From positions 9,389-73,388 of the forward strand of contig CAVUNN010000006.1 in assembly GCA_963742895.1 (NCBI GenBank): a stretch of DNA of 64,000 nucleotides, in the 5' to 3' direction. The stretch comes from Terriglobia bacterium (GTDB taxonomy: Bacteria; Acidobacteriota; Terriglobia; Terriglobales; Acidobacteriaceae). Under the pieces are notes generated by a model. That model searched no databases and had not been told where the DNA came from. It saw only the letters and a list, made by a program, of their open reading frames with translations. How positions within the stretch are numbered: the first letter of the stretch is position 1; each line of letters opens with the position of its first letter. Below are positions 61,992 to 64,000 of the stretch, in pieces. The translations under genes were made by a program, and so were the position numbers.

Positions 61992-64000
61992 ATGAAATCG
62001 CTTTACGCCGTGCTGTTTCTTGCCGCGTGCACGGCCGTAGCGACGGCGCAGACCACCTACAAGAATGCGGTGTGTGATCCGGCGAGTTCAAAGTATCCTC
62101 CTGGCAATCCAGTCGTAAAGACCATCATCGCGGGCTCGTCGGCGATGTGGACGACAATGGCTCTCGGAGCGTACAACCAGGGTAACGGGCCCGCAGGCTC
62201 CATTCCCAATACCCACCACTACGTTAGCAGTGCAAGCTTCAATGTCGTTGACACGCGCCCGCTGGCATTCGGTTCGGCGAATGCTAAGTACATTGATTCT
62301 GGTACGGTCTGGATCGTATGGGATGAGCATACGGCTTATGTTTCGGGTACAGGTACGACTTGTGCGCCAGACGTGTGGGCCTACGTTGATACCGACTCCC
62401 TGGTGGGAACTCGCGCCGTGTTTGGCAGCAGTGGCGCCGGCGGTATAACCCAGCCTGGTGGAGCCCCCTACGGAGTGTTTCTTGAAGACTCCGGCCACAT
62501 GGCCGCTCGGCGGCTCAACCGCAATTGCGAACCAACTTTGGGATAACGGCGCCTCAAGCCCGGACGATATCGTTCCTAACAACATTCAGACTTTGTTTAG
62601 CTCTGCAAACGAAAGCGTCGTAAATCCTCCGAACCTGGTTAACGTGGGCGCCACTGACGTCCGTCCAGAAGACGCATTCTTTGCGGTTACTCGAACCAAT
62701 TCGGTGCTGGGTGGTGGTACCGACAATCTTGACGGGCTTGGGTATGTGAACACTCTCGCTACCGGTGCCAACTCCAATACTCCTGGCGCCGCCCCTGCGA
62801 ACTGTAACGGCTCAACGCCCGGTGCCACCGTTAATGATCTGGTCGGACAGGCAATTAAAGGTCAGGAAGTGGATTCCTCTCAAAACAAGGGTTCTTTCAA
62901 CGTACTGGCTTTTAACGTCACGGGACAGGATCCGTTTACCTGCGCCGTGCTCCCCGCGATGCATACGATTACGGTGGGTGCTGCGCCGATCGTGTTTATT
63001 CATTCGAATCAGGGTGGCCAGTTGGCCGGCCTGACCAATGCAAATGAAATTCAACTAGGTCAGGTGTTCTCGGGCGCAAACCCTAACGCCAGCGCATTTG
63101 GCCTGCCTGCTGGCGCGATTTCCGCGTTTGTGCGCGAACCGCTTTCGGGCACCATGAACACAACCGAAGCGACCGTGTTCCGCCATTCCAGCGCCTTTTC
63201 CACGTACCGCCAAAGCCAGGAGGCGGGAGTGAATCCTTCGGTCAACAACCCCTTGAATGGACCGAGTAGGTTCCGTGCTATTGGCAGCGACCGCGAAATT
63301 ACCGCGGTGAAAAATGCATTCGCCAACCATGGCAACGACGGTATCGGCTACACATTTTTCAGTTATCGGAGTTTGGCACCGATCGCCGGCAGTTCCGGCT
63401 ACAGCTACATTGCCCTGAACTCTGTGGATCCAATCTGGCATAACTACGTGCCGGGCACGGAAGGAATCATTGATCCAGGACAACCCGCTACCCCAGGACA
63501 GCTGCCTCTTAACACACCGTGTGGCACTGCTGCCAGTTCCAAAGCCTTCCCCTGCGCTGAGAGCACAATTTGGTCTCGTAACACGAGCTACCTTACGGTG
63601 GGCTTAACCACCACTCTTTACCCCTCGTACTCGTTCCCGAACGTTCGCAATGGCTCGTATCCGTCGTGGTCCGTTCTTCGTTTGATTGCCGGCTCCGCGT
63701 GGATCAATGCACAGACGCTAGTGAACGCGTCGCAGCCGTACGCGGTCAACGCAGTTCCTGACTACGTCCCCTACGGGGTTGTGAAAGCGGGTACGCCGGC
63801 CGTAGTCATCGATCCGGGCTTGCAGTTGGTGCGTGCGCACTATGGCTGCACACAGGTCACGTGCGGGCTGAACGTCCTCGGCACGGCCGTGAATCCTCCG
63901 TTCAACTTCCCAGAGAAAGGCCGGGACGCGGGTGGCGCGATTCTGCCCATCGGTGATATCAAGGTCAACTTAACGCAGGATGCGCTCGGTACTTTCATCT
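61992..64000 (+). pseudogene. Large secreted PBP-like (PstS/PBP_like_2-type) domain protein, apparent +1 frame disruption near 62450-62546; continues beyond the window
   Basis: ORF 61992..62546 has a signal peptide (AVLFLAACTAVATAQ) and an IIAGSSAMW motif. By my translation, a second frame is open from about 62450 to 64000 (VGATDVRPEDAFFA...VREPLSGTMNTTEATVF...) and is not in the track because it has no stop in the window. Confidence 0.5.

Noticed and set aside
1-64000. CRISPR arrays, rRNA genes, IS elements, prophage or known defence-system genes.
   Set aside because: No direct-repeat/spacer periodicity was seen. No transposase, integrase, recombinase, helicase-nuclease or restriction-modification signatures appeared in any ORF translation.

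Overview
This is a 64-kb, densely coding chromosomal segment with moderately high GC (mid to upper 50s % by eye). I recognised no rRNA, CRISPR array, transposase, integrase or phage genes.

The gene content suggests an Acidobacteriota (Terriglobia-like) genome; this is inference only. It includes tandem VWA proteins with the acidobacterial-type N-terminal module, a PEP-CTERM protein, a DUF4136 lipoprotein and a CRTAC1/ASPIC-UnbV FG-GAP protein. There are also several TPR/Sel1 proteins and a BlaI/BlaR1 pair.

Blocks in order:
- Orphan OmpR-type regulator plus two VWA paralogues.
- OsmC, glutaredoxin-like and EamA genes.
- Uronate/KDG catabolic cluster (IolB/KduI-like isomerase, MFS transporter, KDG kinase, KDPG aldolase, cupin).
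- tRNA-Leu(TAA).
- GT2, a periplasmic binding protein, an aminotransferase, and a ThiH-like radical SAM gene coupled to DUF302.
- Transketolase and a 2-hydroxyacid dehydrogenase.
- Minus-strand operon: membrane protein, five-heme cytochrome c/TPR protein, CRTAC1-like protein.
- tRNA-Arg(CCT).
- BlaI, BlaR1 and HtrA.
- DUF4136 and Sel1 proteins, then a LytS/LytTR two-component pair.
- GT2 coupled to an SDR epimerase.
- Two divergent PilZ genes, one fused to a kinase-less DHp domain.
- GNAT, then aspartate kinase, thrC and thrB.
- Gfo/Idh/MocA oxidoreductase.
- Large secreted protein.
- Co-directional envelope cluster (PHP, GT4, membrane protein, GT4, LolA-like, OM barrel, TPR).
- Fragmented M23 peptidase, a beta-propeller remnant and a fragmented ICMT-like methyltransferase.
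- REC-MEDS regulator, a PEP-CTERM protein and a PBP-like secreted protein that runs off the window.

The most notable features are:
- An unusual, clustered set of reading-frame disruptions at about 12-17 kb, 45.7 kb and 55-62.5 kb, while long genes elsewhere are intact.
- An M23 peptidase cut into four ORFs by three identical GTGA (-1) junctions.
- The uncharacterised multiheme/TPR/CRTAC1 operon.
- The PHP/GT4/LolA-like/barrel cluster.
- The PilZ-DHp fusion.

None of these can be called a new system from sequence alone. Coordinates of features that are not in the ORF track were read by eye and may be off by 1-2 nt.
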